A stretch of 64,000 nucleotides of DNA from Antedon mediterranea (lineage: Eukaryota > Animalia > Echinodermata): NCBI RefSeq assembly GCF_964355755.1, contig NC_092673.1, positions 24,611,648-24,675,647 of the forward strand. The letters are read 5' to 3'. Made by a program: the position numbers and the translations under genes. Below the pieces are notes generated by a model that was not told the DNA's origin, made no database searches, and saw only the letters and a list, made by a program, of their open reading frames with translations. This document shows, piece after piece, positions 40,116-53,808 of this stretch; positions within the stretch are counted from its first letter, which is position 1; every line of letters begins with the position of its first letter.

Positions 40116-40868
40116 TTCTATGTTGGGAAGATAAATATATTGATATCAGATTTTTTTGGGGGGAATGATCCAAAATGTATTATCTTTTAAAATGATTCTA
40201 TAATCTTGTCATTGATTACTTTATAATGACAAAGTCCTGGTTGAATGTTCTATCTATAGATAAGTCTTTTGTTACACTCTGATAAACACATCCTAAAATT
40301 CATAATTGGACTTTATGATGTTATCATTCAATTTATTATGTTTTATGAGGTTTTATAGCTAATAGAACAACCAAAATGAAGTAGATTTCTTGTCATTCAA
40401 ATTTCTACTCATCAAACATCTCATTTCTGTATGATTTTTTGCGAACCTCACACATTTAAACAACTTGTAAAAAAATATGTATTATATGTTCATCTTGTTG
40501 GTCTACTAGCACCATACATTATAGAATAATAAAACTGGAATAATACGTGCAATCAAATACAAAATATGCTAATTTATCCTAAATAAATATATCAAATTCG
40601 AAGGATGTTTTAAATTAATTTATGTTTCTTCTCAATTACATATCCTTCGGTGAAATTGATAATAGTTTCGACCATAATAATTATTCAATCAATTTTGATG
40701 GTTTGAAAAATGATTGGTATCGAAAATGAGAGGTTTGGGAATAAATTAATGTTCAAGTGAATTTTAATGACTGATTGATATGCCAACCATGTTTAATGTG
40801 CTATGAGGGATTAAGAAAATGTTTGAAGGGACTTTTTTAGTGGTAGTAACAAAGGCCTATACACCCAA

Positions 40869-41000
40869 GGCTCTTTCTACACTATCAAACTTTACGTGAC
40901 AAAAAAAAATGTGATGTGCCTTCATATGGACATGATGCTGTCATATCACCACCATATTTAAGCATATCACTACCATATTTGGGTACATCACACTTTTTCT
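40869..41000 (-). mobile_element. MITE family A, partial copy
   Basis: CTACACTATCAAACTTTA...ATCACTACCATATTTGGG. Confidence 0.75.
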
Positions 41001-41644
41001 TACTGGTTTGTGTTTTATTTTGTGCTACAAAAAAACATTTCAATCAGTGGTTGTTATATGCCATCATTACACCACAAAATGTGATGCGCAAAACAATATG
41101 CAATATGAAAATATGGTATCAAAATATTAAAATATTAGATTATATTAAACAAAAACAAAATTATGACCTTCATATATTTAGGTATTTCCATATGTTCTAA
41201 TAGTTTTAATTAAAATACTAATATAAGTTTTATGAAGTCTTTTATATTATATTTTAATTTTAATATCTGTAATTCCTCACCATCCGTCATGTCAGATTAG
41301 CTTAATTGATTTTATTAAACAATATTGATACAACAATATTGAATGGGTGTATAATAACAAGTATTGTAATTATAATAATAATGATACAATATTTAATACA
41401 ACAATCAACATTTTTCTAGCCACGTATCTGAATATTCTAGAACTTAGATTTTAAAATGAACCTCTTACTAATTTGTTTGACAAACCCATCTATATCTCTA
41501 TTCAATCTTGGTAGTTAATTAACAACATGGTATATTTGTGATGCCCGATGTTTTGTATATTTATCAGGGGTCAAAACTAGATATTAAAAAGTAGTTAGTT
41601 TCATTTTAGCTGTCAAAAGTTGAAGCGTGCATCCCAAGCTCTTT

Positions 41645-41810
41645 CCCTCTGGATTTACTCCCTGGATCCACCCATAGATCTACCCCCTGGATCTACCCCC
41701 TGAATCCACCCATGGATCAACCCCATGGATCTACCCCTGGATCCACTCCTAGATCTACCCCCTGGATCCACTCCTAGATCTACCCCCTGGATCCACCCTC
41801 GGATCTATCA
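41645..41810. repeat. 12-13 bp tandem repeat (CCCCTGGATCYAC)n
   Basis: About 13 diverged copies are visible. Confidence 0.85.
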
Positions 41811-42320
41811 CTGTTTATTTTTTTTAAATGTGGTATAAATGCAATGAAAAAAAAATAATTATGCAATTTTATACATTTTAAATCTATTTTGAATTATCTA
41901 AATCTTTGTACATAATGTGTATAATTGAACTCTTTTAGGAATAATATATATTATCGCCAAGTGTTTCATAATTTTTTTTTACGTAACATTTCTATCGACA
42001 CTACAAACATAACATTTTTTTGTTAACGTCAATTAATACAAACAACGAAAGTTCAGCTCCATTACCAGTTAGCATGGTAGACCGAAAAACTCGTTACTGT
42101 AAAAATTGTGATATCATGCAATGTGTATCGGATTACAGTGGATATTAAGATTGAGAAGAGATTTATTATATGACGTGTATCGTGTCAGGCATTTCGTCAA
42201 TATCTATTCTTACTGAACAGGTTTTATGAACGTGTTTTCAACAATTTGTTTTTTTTTTCTAAAACAAGTCTTTTATAATAATGAAACAAAGATAGTTTTT
42301 AAATGTTGTTATTCCAAATA

Positions 42321-42472
42321 CAGTAGAACCACACCTTTAGAGGGACACCTCTATTCAGGGGACACTCGTATCAAATGGACACTCGTATCAAATGGACACT
42401 CGTATCAAATGGACACTCGTATCAAATGGACACTTTGTTTCAGACCAAAGGTGTCCACTTGGGGTAGTTTAC
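42321..42472 (+). mobile_element. Tc1/mariner-like MITE with 4 x 17-bp internal tandem (GGACACTCGTATCAAAT)
   Basis: TA-CAGTAGAACC start. Related copies lie at about 8141, 10712 and 56342-56477 (TA-CAGTA...TACTG-TA). Confidence 0.6.
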
Positions 42473-45400
42473 AAATGGTAACAATAGCCATTGTCAATAA
42501 AATTATTGAATTAAAATTTGATGTCTTTTATACCGTGATTACTGTAGAATCTGTTTAGTAGGGAAAAACCATCAGATATAAAAATTAAGATTTCAATATT
42601 TAATATAGGCTGGATATAAAATGGGTTATTTTATTAATATACATGCTGCTGTTAAACCCTACTGATGCCAGTAAAATATATTATATGCTCTATACACCAC
42701 AGTCTATTGAACACATTAATTATATCCTATTAATAATTATAACCCATGAAAATATTTAATACTTTTATATTTAATAAAGATTGTCCTTAAATTGTAAACA
42801 TATTGATATGCCATTCAAAAATAGGTTATTAGCAATCAAGTAAAAAACTGACTGGGATATAAATGTCCGTACTCTCCATACTTCTGTCAAAATGAAAAGT
42901 ACTGTATATTGATGAAAAACTGACTGTAGGATTTTAGATTTATTTGGGGCATGCTATTAACAATTTGTAGAAAATCATATCCACATCATAAAACATGAAA
43001 GTAATTATTATTTTATTGATTCTATTTGTCTCAAATGTGTTATATAATTATAATATTGATTGTGCTTTAACATGTCCTCAGAGTTTTTCTCATTTTCTGG
43101 CCGTGTTATTAAACGAGCCTCATTTCAAAGTCAACGATTTTAATTATAGTCCTTTAATTAGTTTTTTAATTACCTATCAACGTGCTTCGCTTCTTTCCAT
43201 GCTTTGCCCTTTTTGAAACATCACAATTCACATCAATATTTCTTCGCTGGATAGACAATGTATGACATTAAATAAATTGTACAATTAGAAACTCATGTAT
43301 TAAATGTTCATGGTTTACAGTATGTACGAGTTTGGTAATTTTATTACCCCATAGCAATAATGTGTATATACAAACATAAAACACAGCCAAAGTGGGAGAT
43401 TTAGACATCATTTGGCTGCCATATTTGATCCAAGATGTCGATAATTTTCAAATGCAGTTTAAACCTTCCTTGTACGTTTCCGGTTGTTATGATATCCCAT
43501 CTTAATGAATGTGTTCAGTAATAAAAACAAACAACCATACAAACTTATATAAATATAGACACTTCGTAAAACTATACTCGACTACTTTCTAGAGCGAACC
43601 CAAAATTGTTCAGCAAATATATTACCAACTAATTAATGCCACTATAATGTTAAAGGATAATAGCAATTGGAATAAAAAGTTTATTATTCGATATCTGCGT
43701 CAATATTAACATAATTTAAAATCCATCTATTCATGTTTAAATGCCAAGGGCCATGTTTTCATATTTACCAATACATGTTTTCCAATGTCTATTAGGCAAT
43801 TACTTTATCTATACAATTATCGCAACCTTTTAAATAATATAATCACAACAACATTAGGACTTGGGAATAGTCATAATTGGTGACAGTTACTATGGTGATA
43901 GGTGCGTTGCCTAACAGATTTTATAATTGACAAGCTCATCAGAGTTTGATTGGGTTCTAGGGCAACATATGTACTTTAATCTGGCCAAGCATACTATTGA
44001 CAAATGAATTCCAACGGCCCAGGCTCACTTTGGAACATATTGTAAAATGCGCTGACAAAACCATGTTAGGCCTTCTTCTTCTAGCTAAATTAACCAAATC
44101 AATCAAATAGAATGCTATTTTTGTCAAAACACCTCATATAATAAGATTATTACAGTATATCGTCGAGTATAATCCCACTTCGGGTTTAACCCCACCCGCT
44201 ACATTATGTCTGATTTCACAAACAGGCATTTATCCTTGGGTAGTCCCATATTGACTTTTGGTGTGGATGGAGGCAGCCAGTTCAGATGAGTTTTTAAAAG
44301 AACTGCTCTACAAATCATTTTTTTTCCTGAACCAGGGTTTCCCCTGGTATAGTCCCACCACCCCCTAAAGTTTGACCAATTATTGTGTTCTAGGTGGGTG
44401 GGATTTTTTAACCCAATCGCTATTGTCATTACCTCTTGTTTCTATTTACTTATTGGCATATTGCCATATAGATACAGATTCAATGCGTAGATAGGCAACT
44501 ATAGAGTGTGCATTATAATGATGATGTCATCAAAATTCTACATGCGTCAGTAGATGTCTCCCTGGATATTCATCTTCATATCTAAGTGAACCTTTAGGCT
44601 AAGTCACCTCAATTAATGGATAAAATGACTGTTTTTCTATATTACGATAATGTTTGGGTTGGTTTTTTTTAGGCTAAAATTTTTCATGAAAGACTATAAA
44701 GTATTTAATGTGTACATAAAACATTAGCATTAAAACAAACTTAAATAAAGCTATGAAGGTATACTGTACATTTTTCAAGGAAAAAATGAATGGGATCGTC
44801 TACCCTATTTTGTTCCCCTCCAGATGTGTATTTACAGGTGGACAATGGTTCCACCCTCCCATCCCTGCAGAATGAGCATTGTTTGTTTACATCATCAATA
44901 GGAAATTCTAAAATGCTGCATGGATCAGTACCCCTCCCCACTCACTAGAGTTCCAGTTACGGTACATTCTTATACCAAAAGAACGTTTGGTCAAGAAGAG
45001 GCATGAACCTGTATTGATTTATGGTGTTATTTTGCCATGTCCATACCTTAACGTTCTCAACCACTCGACCTGTTGGAATTAATAATGTCCACCTATTTTC
45101 GTACTTCTCTTCTGCTACATCTCTAATTCACCAACCTTCCGGAAAAGATATTTCTTTGGATAGTTTGGTGACCCTTGACCTTCTATTTTGTTCTTTTACA
45201 ATGTTGTTCATAGTTGTTCAGCTTCATTCAATTAATTGATTTTTGTATTTCAACGCAATACTATGACAATCGCAAGGACGTTATAATTAATAAAGATGTT
45301 TTTATTACGTATGTACATTCAGCTGTCTATGTTATTGTTTATCTGCACTTCCCGATGTATTGTGGTAGATAAAGGCCACCTTGTCGTAGCTAAGATACAG

Positions 45401-45564
45401 CGTATTTACAATCTATATTTGGTGTATTTTGTTCTTTTATTATTATTATTGATGTGTATTACCCATATTCGGATTGAACAGCTATTTTATAGTGATCGAG
45501 TGCAAGTGTGTAAAAAGTCCTTCCCAGGACATGGGTGTTTGGGTGGTGTACATCTACGATATTA

Positions 45565-45835
45565 GTTCATTCTTATGTAGCGCAATTACGCAAGCTCTCA
45601 ATGCACTGTAAACATACACCAATACCCTGAAGTAAACATGTATACATACATACTTCCATAATGTTGCAGCTAGTAATTAGCGCAGTTGTGTTTTGACCAG
45701 TAAACATTTGTACGCCTAGGTGGAGAGACATACATAGTTATTGCCTAGTCTTGCCTAAGGATGCATTCATTGTGTTGGACTCTAAACTCCTGATCTCACG
45801 ATCGGAAATCCAACATACAAACACACTGCACTACA
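45565..45835 (-). mobile_element. tRNA-derived SINE with LINE-like tail
   Basis: Tail TTCATTCTTATGTAGCGC..GCAAGCTCTCAATG is shared with 33150-33310; GTCTTGCCTAAGGA core. Confidence 0.5.
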
Positions 45836-46535
45836 TGCTCACATACACAAGGAACTAAATGATGGGGGTTGATTAATACGTGTCCATGTGTCATCTTGGA
45901 TCAGAAAATGAATAACATATATTTCTGGCGAATATTTTACAGACAATTTTTTATATTATAGTATTAGTAAGATTTTTTTTTTATTTAAAAATAAATCTAT
46001 CAGGAACCTATTCACCCATTTTATGTATTTTGAAAAGCGATAATTTTTTTAAAAATCAATATTTCTTTTTTATTTATTATAAAGCAATAAAACAAGCCAA
46101 GGTTGAATATAATAACTGGTTTGTAGATTTTAAATTTTCGCTTTGCTTTCTGCACTGTAATAATCTAAGTCCATGCTTTCTGTTAATAATAATAATAATA
46201 ATAAAATCTTTATTTTAAAACATAGGCTCATTCACAACAAAATGTGTTCAGCTTCCACGAGGCCGTATGAAAGAAGAAGAAATAAAACACTACAATATCA
46301 CAAACATATATTGTCTCTGATAACGTTGTGAGGTAATTTCCCCATTGACCGTAATCAAAAACGGTACTGTGCATGTCTACTACTAGTTTTTCTGCTCTCA
46401 ACCAGTACATCCATTCATAGAAGCTTTGATGAAGCAAGCCTACCTGGTGGTAACCATAGAACGGTCCCGAGATAACGACTATACTTCGGCTTTAGTCAAT
46501 AGAAGATTAAAAAAATTGTTAGAGATAGAGTATAC

Positions 46536-46654
46536 GATGTTTGATTTTGTGTAGATGTGTGATTATGTGTAGATGTGTGATTATGTGTAGATGTGTGATT
46601 ATGTGTAGATGTGTGATTATGTGTAGATGTTTGATTATGTGTAGATGTGTGATT
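46536..46654. repeat. 18-bp minisatellite (GATGTGTGATTATGTGTA) x about 6.5
   Basis: Directly visible tandem array. Confidence 0.95.
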
Positions 46655-46949
46655 TGTTCTTTTACAGGAAGCAACTACAATATCAAAGAATAATGACATT
46701 ATATGTTTAGAGATAATCCTACATTTAATTTTTGATTCCAATATATATTTGTTCCATACAAAACACTACTAATCTTGCTATTATGTTGATAGTCAGTTTT
46801 TGCCTGGTTTGACATCCCATAAAAGAGTTTTATAGTCGTTTCTGTATATCTCGATATTGTTGCCAACTAATATTTCTACGTCTTGCCAATGCTTTGTTAC
46901 GTGTTCGCTTTTCATTTTATTGATGCAGTGAATGGTGAATGGTGAACTT

Positions 46950-47360
46950 TGGTATATGGCAATGCATGCTTGGTTTACTCCAACGTGTACTCCAGAGGCT
47001 TGATGAAGTAGATTTCACTATCGGCATTCATTGATATTGTTTGTAACAACATGGATATGTTGAAATATTGATATTAGTTTATAGGAGTTTAATTTGCTAA
47101 TTAACATTAAAATGTGAGGCATGGATTATAAAGTAATCTCATGAATGAATCAAGGAAATTGGTTTAATTATACAATATGGGCGTCACATGTGCCATATGA
47201 TTGTTTGTTGCCTACGTTCCTTGTTTTTTTATCATGCTAATTACTACCTGTCCTATTGGTATATAAGTACTCTAGGCATTGTTTTCTGTTCTGATGATGA
47301 GAATAGTTTCTCGAAACATGTTACATTTTAAAGGCTGTTTTCCTATTCATTAAATGTCTC
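46950..47360 (+). mobile_element. Old Penelope-like element 3' end with a hammerhead motif at 47286-47326
   Basis: Degenerate GIY-YIG-like peptides (GLLQRVLQRLDE; LKCEAWII) followed by CTGATGA-T-GAGAA(TAGT)TTCTC-GAAA-CATGTT. Confidence 0.6.
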
Positions 47361-48274
47361 ACTATAGTTATCGCGCCGCGGCTCTAGCCAGCTATGTCCC
47401 AGGAGGACACATTCATTAATAAGCTGTTTCATAGCGGTAGCTTTAGTATCTAAGGCTGACAGTTTTGTGAATTTGGAAACTCGACTATAATTTATAGGTA
47501 GCTGCTGGACCCAAAAAACGTCTGGGAGAAGAGAGTCTATATGAAAGCCTTTGCTGATAATACAGTATTATTGAGATGTAGACGGAAATCTGTAAAATCT
47601 TGTTCAATAAATAATAACTTCGTTTTTGCTGTCAACCAGGCCGGTATTATAATAAGTCACTGTCAAATAATCATTCGATAATGGTCAAAACTTTATTTTG
47701 GCTCTGTCAACATAAAGGGAAGTATTTACAATGACTTTCTTTTTTATGACTGTCAATCTAGGCCAATGTTATAATAATACGCCGTCAGATATTAAATCAT
47801 TAAAACAGTCCTGGTAAATTTTTGTTTGGTTATCAGATGCCGTGGGGGGGGGGGGGGGGTAGGTCCAATCAATTATTGTTAGAAGGTGAACAATCAGTCT
47901 AGGTAGCAGCAGCAGATTATTAGGAACGCCTGCTCCATTAATTAATCCAGAAAAAGGTTTGTACATTATCTATTTGTTTATTAGCCTTCTCCTAGCACAA
48001 TTATATTTTCTTTAAAAAAGGTTTTATAAGTGGTTTCAACATTTATGATAGTAATGTTACAGTTCTGTGTCTGGACGCAAGTTCATAGACCTACTAGTTA
48101 TATTATTCATATTAACTGATACTTACTCTTCATTTACCGTAAAGTTCAGTTTTAATGAAATATATAATATAAATTGGCTTCGTAACAATTAATTAGTGTT
48201 GAAAAGGTTAGTTTTTTGGTGATAGGTGAAAATGGCATGTAACTTCGTAATCAATTTATTTTTTTTTTGTATAA

Positions 48275-48636
48275 AGGCCCAATTACACTATGACGATAAC
48301 GACGGACGATAAATATATAAGCATGCATTTCTTTTACATAAACCAAAAGAAATTAGAAAGGTTTTCGTTCTAGACCTATAGGATAATCATTTATGCTGTC
48401 TTTGATAAAAATAATGTTTTTCAAATTCCAATCAAATGACGTCATGATAAATAAAAACAATAAAATCGCTGTATTGTCACGATATTATTGGTCTTACTAA
48501 TCATGACGTCATTTGATTGGACGTGTGAAAATATAATTTTCATCAAAGGAATTGTTTATATTTCTTTTGGTTTATGTATTAAAAATGCACATTTGTCTAT
48601 TTATCGTCGATCGTTATTGTCCTAGTGTATGGGCCT
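48275..48636. mobile_element. Foldback-type Harbinger-like MITE (about 360 bp imperfect palindrome)
   Basis: AGGCCCA..ACACTA / TAGTGTATGGGCCT ends; arms pair along most of the length (ACATAAACCAAAAGAAAT / ATTTCTTTTGGTTTATGT). Confidence 0.8.
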
Positions 48637-48939
48637 TATGCTGTAAATGTTCAATTAATTGATCATTCCGATTTTATTAGTTGGACTCTTGCACAGTTGC
48701 TGTCTAATCGTTGTTGTGTAATATCATTTCGAACCATATTAAAATCATAAAGAGATTCATATTCCTTAACATGTGGCTGTGCATGGAAGTCTGGTCTACA
48801 CAAACTCGGGCCCGGGCCTGAAAGTGTTGGTGAATTCATAATTATACTTAATATTATATTTATATATATATATATATATATAATTATATTATTATACAAT
48901 TGAAAGCAAAACCCGTTGAATCTCAAATCATTAGGACTA

Positions 48940-50090
48940 GAAATTTGGCTTATCAATCAAATAAATACTTTCGTTCAAAATGAAACTCCAACCTCTCTAA
49001 TCAAAAGATTGAACTCGAAAACGGACCGTTTTTTTGAATTGGGTATGTTGAAACATTTCAATATTCATTTAAAAAAGTACATTAATTAAGGTATTGATCA
49101 GTGGCTATAGAGGCGTAAAAACCCTCGGTCAATATCATGTAAAATGCACTGTGGAAGGGTATTAAGACTGCAAAATTGGGCTTATCAACAAATAAATACT
49201 TTCGTTCAAAATGTAAAATCAAGGCTGAAAAATTGGGCTTATCAACAACAAAATATTTTATTATTAGACGCGATAACATCAAGGATAATCAGTATAATTA
49301 TTAATATAGCCACTGTTACTAGTTTTATTCTACATGCTAAAGTAAATAAAAATCCACTAGAAAACAAGCAAGTCTGAATGTTATGCTTATTAGCCATTCT
49401 ATGTTTGTTACTGTAGGCCTATGATTGTTTGCAATGTCCACATATTATTTCCGTGGGCATATCCATAGTGTATCACTCACAAAAAAGACGTGTGAGGTTC
49501 TTTCTTTAGATTTTGAAGAATGATTTGTGTTACAGGTTCACACAAGAGTCAAATGCTCAAGATATCGGCTAACGCCATGGGACCCTTGGCTTATCAATGA
49601 ATAATAAATACAGTACTACTTTCGTTCAATTGAAATCGGAATCTGACCGTTTCATTAAATTGGGTGTGATTAGGCCTAAACATAATTATAATAATTTATT
49701 AAAAAGGTACAATAAAAACAAATGCATCAGAGGCGTAAAGAACCCACGGTCAATATCATGTAAAATGTATATGGTATAAGCACTGTGGAAGGGGTCATTA
49801 TTATTAAACTGGAAAATTCGGCTTATCAACAAATAAATACTTTCATTTAAAATGTAAAATAAGAATGCAAAATTGGGCTTATCAACAAATAAATACTTTC
49901 GTTCAAAATGTAAAATAAGACTGCACAATTGGGCTTATCAACAAATAAAATACTTTTTTTTTCAAAATGTAAAATTACGACTGGAAAATTGGGCTTATAA
50001 ACAAATAAATACTTTTTTTCAAAATGTAAAATTAAGACTGGAAAATTGGGCTTATAAACAAATAAATACTTCCGTTCAAAATGTAAGAAA
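48940..50090. repeat. About 58-60 bp repeat (AATTGGGCTTATCAACAAATAAATACTTTCGTTCAAAATGTAAAAT...) within a larger duplicated block
   Basis: About 9 copies; five are tandem at 49810-50090, and the flanking block is repeated at 49100 and 49730. Confidence 0.85.
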
Positions 50091-50113
50091 ACATTTTTTA
50101 AATATAATCCTTA

Positions 50114-50264
50114 AGCTCTGTCTATACTATCAAACTAAATATGATGTGCCCATATTATATAGACATGACGATGTCATATCACTACGATATTCGGGCATAT
50201 CACTACCATATTTGGGCACATCACACTTTTTTTGTTAAACTAGTTGGGACAGTGTAGACACAGA
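50114..50264 (-). mobile_element. MITE family A copy
   Basis: TTA-AGCTCTGTCTATACTATCAAACT...AGTGTAGACA. Confidence 0.75.
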
Positions 50265-51434
50265 TCTATGTGATCGAAACATAAGTCGGAATTGGACTGA
50301 CGCGATTGATTTAATTGGGTATTTTTATTAATGTAATGATTCATTAAAAACTATAATACCGATACGCGTTTGGTATTGATCAATGGTGCAAAAAACCCTG
50401 ACAAATAATGTTATAACGCGATTTGGTGATAGCTTAGCAATAATACAACCCATATACTATTATTATAAATACCTATTACAAATCCATTCATATAACTTTT
50501 CATCGCGAACCGAAAATGTATAAATGTTATTCTACAGACAGTAATTATATATTCAAAAGCCATATTATTATTATTATCAATACCTAAATGCGATAGTAAT
50601 ACTAACCACATACATTATTCCCAATACAAGTTTGTGCGTTTAATTCTAGAAAGAAACGACTGTGCTCTGACAGGCCAATGACATAAATCACAATTAGTAA
50701 AGTCCCAATTGTTCACTTGCGTTTTGATTTGCCGACCTATTATATTAGATTAATGAAGACTGTTCTTACAACTGTCCAGTCAAAAAGTTACGCGGCGTTT
50801 TTTGTAAGAAATATTTCTTGTTTTAACTTGAAAGTTTGGTGGAATCATTCATGATTTATCTAACAATATATATTCCCTTAGAGAGCTTGTTTATTCATTC
50901 AACAGCTGCACTACAGAAGTACAGCTGATTGGAAGAGGCCATCAACAGAAAAAACAACAAAAATACACAATATTGAAACATCAACTTACATAAAACATTT
51001 TCATAAAAGTTAAAATTCGTAACTTTATAAAATAAAATTACTAAAACAAAATTTGAGCTACGTAAAATATATTTAAAGTTATGTCAAAAATGTATCAATA
51101 CAACAATTTCTGAATCTGAAAAATTAATAACTTTTCTAATGTCTATCAAAGCTCCTAGCATAAAACTTTAATTGATTTGAATATTATTATATTTATTTAT
51201 TAAATAATCATAATAAGCATCATGTTAAGGTTATTAGATTTTAATTTTAATAGTATAATAATTGTTTTTCTGTTATTAATTCTTTTCACCAAAAAAAATC
51301 ATAAAAATGCAGTTTCTGTTTTACCTCTGCAGGAAATATATGCAAATTAAATTCATAAAAAAAATTATAGTTTATGCTACTCTGCAGACAAATGTTAACC
51401 ACAATTAAACAAACTATTTTATAATTTATCATGC

Positions 51435-51566
51435 TTATAAATGAAGTCTCATTTGAGGCTTAGGGAGTGGAGTTAATAGAGTCATGAGTTACAACCTTGA
51501 CACTAGGTAAGGTTTAAACCCTGGGCCTTAGGATTGGACATGTTAACCACCAAGCTACAGCTCCAA
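51435..51566 (-). mobile_element. tRNA-derived SINE, same family as 5453
   Basis: CACCAAGCTACAGCTCCA is the reverse complement of the head at 5453. Confidence 0.6.
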
Positions 51567-52387
51567 TAAAATTGGTAAACATACATATGTATGCCCATAT
51601 TATGTCATTTGTATCTATTACTGTAAAAATGAAGCTTATGTGAAAAATCTTCAAAATTTGTTTCTTACCGAAGACTAGATTAAAGAGATTCCATCAATCT
51701 TTTAACGATAAAATTAGTTGGATACCGTTTCATTTCAGCTGTTATGAAAAAATGTTTACAACAAATAACTGAATCAATTTCAATAACCTTGTTACTTATT
51801 TGTCTCTTTTGTGAACATTTTTCAAAAGTGATTTATCTTGTTTTCGTCTAGGTTTTGTATAACGCCCTTTTTAGTTTTAAAAAGCATTTCCTTTCTTTTA
51901 CGGCATTTTCGTTTTTGTCATGTTATTGATAGCTACACTGCAGCAATTCAATTTAATGAAGGCTTATAACATTATGTAATTCTAAACTTGTTTGCCTGCT
52001 TGATGAATTAAAGTATAAAATATTTGATATATTTTTAGTTTGTTTACATGAATTTTTGGATGTTTATATTTGTTCAGTCATGATGAATTACTCAATGATA
52101 GATAGTTCAATAAATTAAAACTATTTTTTTTCTGGTTTGAATTACATAATGCAGCCTGAATTCATAACATAAAAATATCTTTATTATTTGGTATTTGTTT
52201 GTTAATTTATCATTCATACAATGACATGATAGTGCAATCAATTTTAACTATTTTGAAATTATTATAATTATTGATAGAAAGGAACCATTTAAAATCCTCT
52301 CAAAATGTTCTAAAGGATTTCAGTATAGATTTGTTATAACTTGTATGTTTTATATGAATTTAAATGTATTCTTTGTTATCATTTCAG

Positions 52388-52462
52388 ATGATATTCTGCC
52401 AGATCTACCAGGAGATACAATAGATAATATAGCAAACGCAGAGGTTCCAGTAAATGAACCAG
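52388..52462 (+). CDS. NPDC1: NPDC1-like exon 3, acidic linker (DDILPDLPGDTIDNIANAEVPVNEP)
   Basis: TTTCAG acceptor, CAG|GTACAG donor, 75 nt, phase 1-1. Confidence 0.75.
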
Positions 52463-53405
52463 GTACAGTATTGTTATATTCAAATTCTACTATTCATTCA
52501 TTTCTTTATTTCGAATAGTACATTCATATTATACAAAACAAGAAGAGAAACAATTACACCAGAAAATGAACAATATAAGCAACTTCCACAAAACTAACCT
52601 ACAATATATCCTAAAAAAACCAATTTGCACCAAAGCTGGTGTAGGTTGGATTGTGGAAGTACGGTAATAATAATAATAAAAACAGAAGCACTGAAGACCA
52701 CTTTACAAGTGTTGTAAGCACTTATATACAGTAGATTTGTTACTTGGAGCAATACTTACAAATGATCACATTTTTATTTTCTGTTGATTCAATCGATTGA
52801 AGCAATGTTACACCAACATTCAGTTTTAGTACTTTTTGATAGATTGGATCAACAAAAAAGAAAAATTCTCTTCTGTAATATTAGGATCCAAATGAAATTA
52901 TTTCAAGAATTTATAAATATCTTTATAAAACCCACAGTATTATTCTTATTATTGTCATTTGTGATTATTGCATAATTCACCATGATCATGATAACTGACA
53001 AGTGTCAACAAATTTCTCATAAAAAAACATTGTGATGCTTGACTGCACATGTCACGCTTCACTGCACATGTCACACTGGCTGCAGGAATATGATTAGTTT
53101 TCTACGGTTGTTAGAATATAGAGGGGGCTATTATACATTTTCGTGATCTCAGCAGCAAACCTGATACCTGTACTGTACTTTTAAAACCCTTCTTTATTCA
53201 ATTCCCCTTGCCCATTTATGAAGCCCTTGCCTATATAATAAATTAGTTCCCATGTCTTATTGCAAATTATTTCCCTTGTCCATATTATTAATTTGTATAC
53301 CCCATGCAATACATTATTTTCCCTTAGTAATTGAAAAGGTCCTTAACACTTCTTAAATGTTAAATTATGTTTAAACAATAAACTAAATTTTGTATCTTTT
53401 TTCAG

Positions 53406-53450
53406 AGTCATGTGAAGAAGGCTATGCCCTATCAGATGGCGTATGTACAG
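53406..53450 (+). CDS. NPDC1: NPDC1-like exon 4, C-terminal half of an EGF module (ESCEEGYALSDGVCT)
   Basis: TTTTTTCAG acceptor, CAG|GTAC donor, 45 nt, phase 1-1; CxxGY...C pattern. Confidence 0.8.
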
Positions 53451-53808
53451 GTACTGGTGTTTTTCTTTATTTTACATTTAAATAGTGTAAATAGAGAAAA
53501 ATTAAACAAGTTTATTAACAATTTAATTTTTTTTTTAGAATATCAGAAATTAATAAATTTTCTTGAAAATCGATAGTTGGCACCTAGCGTATATACAAAA
53601 GAAAAATTTTTTAAACTTTTGTGGGTGTAATAAATGTAATATTGGCATGTCGCCAAGTAATAATAAATATATATGTAATAAAATAAGAGTTATAAATCTA
53701 TTAAATGCATTAATGTACCAGAAAATGTATTCATAAAAACTAATGAAGCCTCTAATGTATCGTTATTCAACTTTGCAAATGATTTTTTTTTAATTTTTTT
53801 TTAATCAG

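Noticed and set aside
46496-46741. ORF with HNHTST repeats
   Set aside because: Produced by the 18-bp minisatellite; no splice or homology support.
47844-47859. G16 homopolymer
   Set aside because: Simple repeat with no supporting context.
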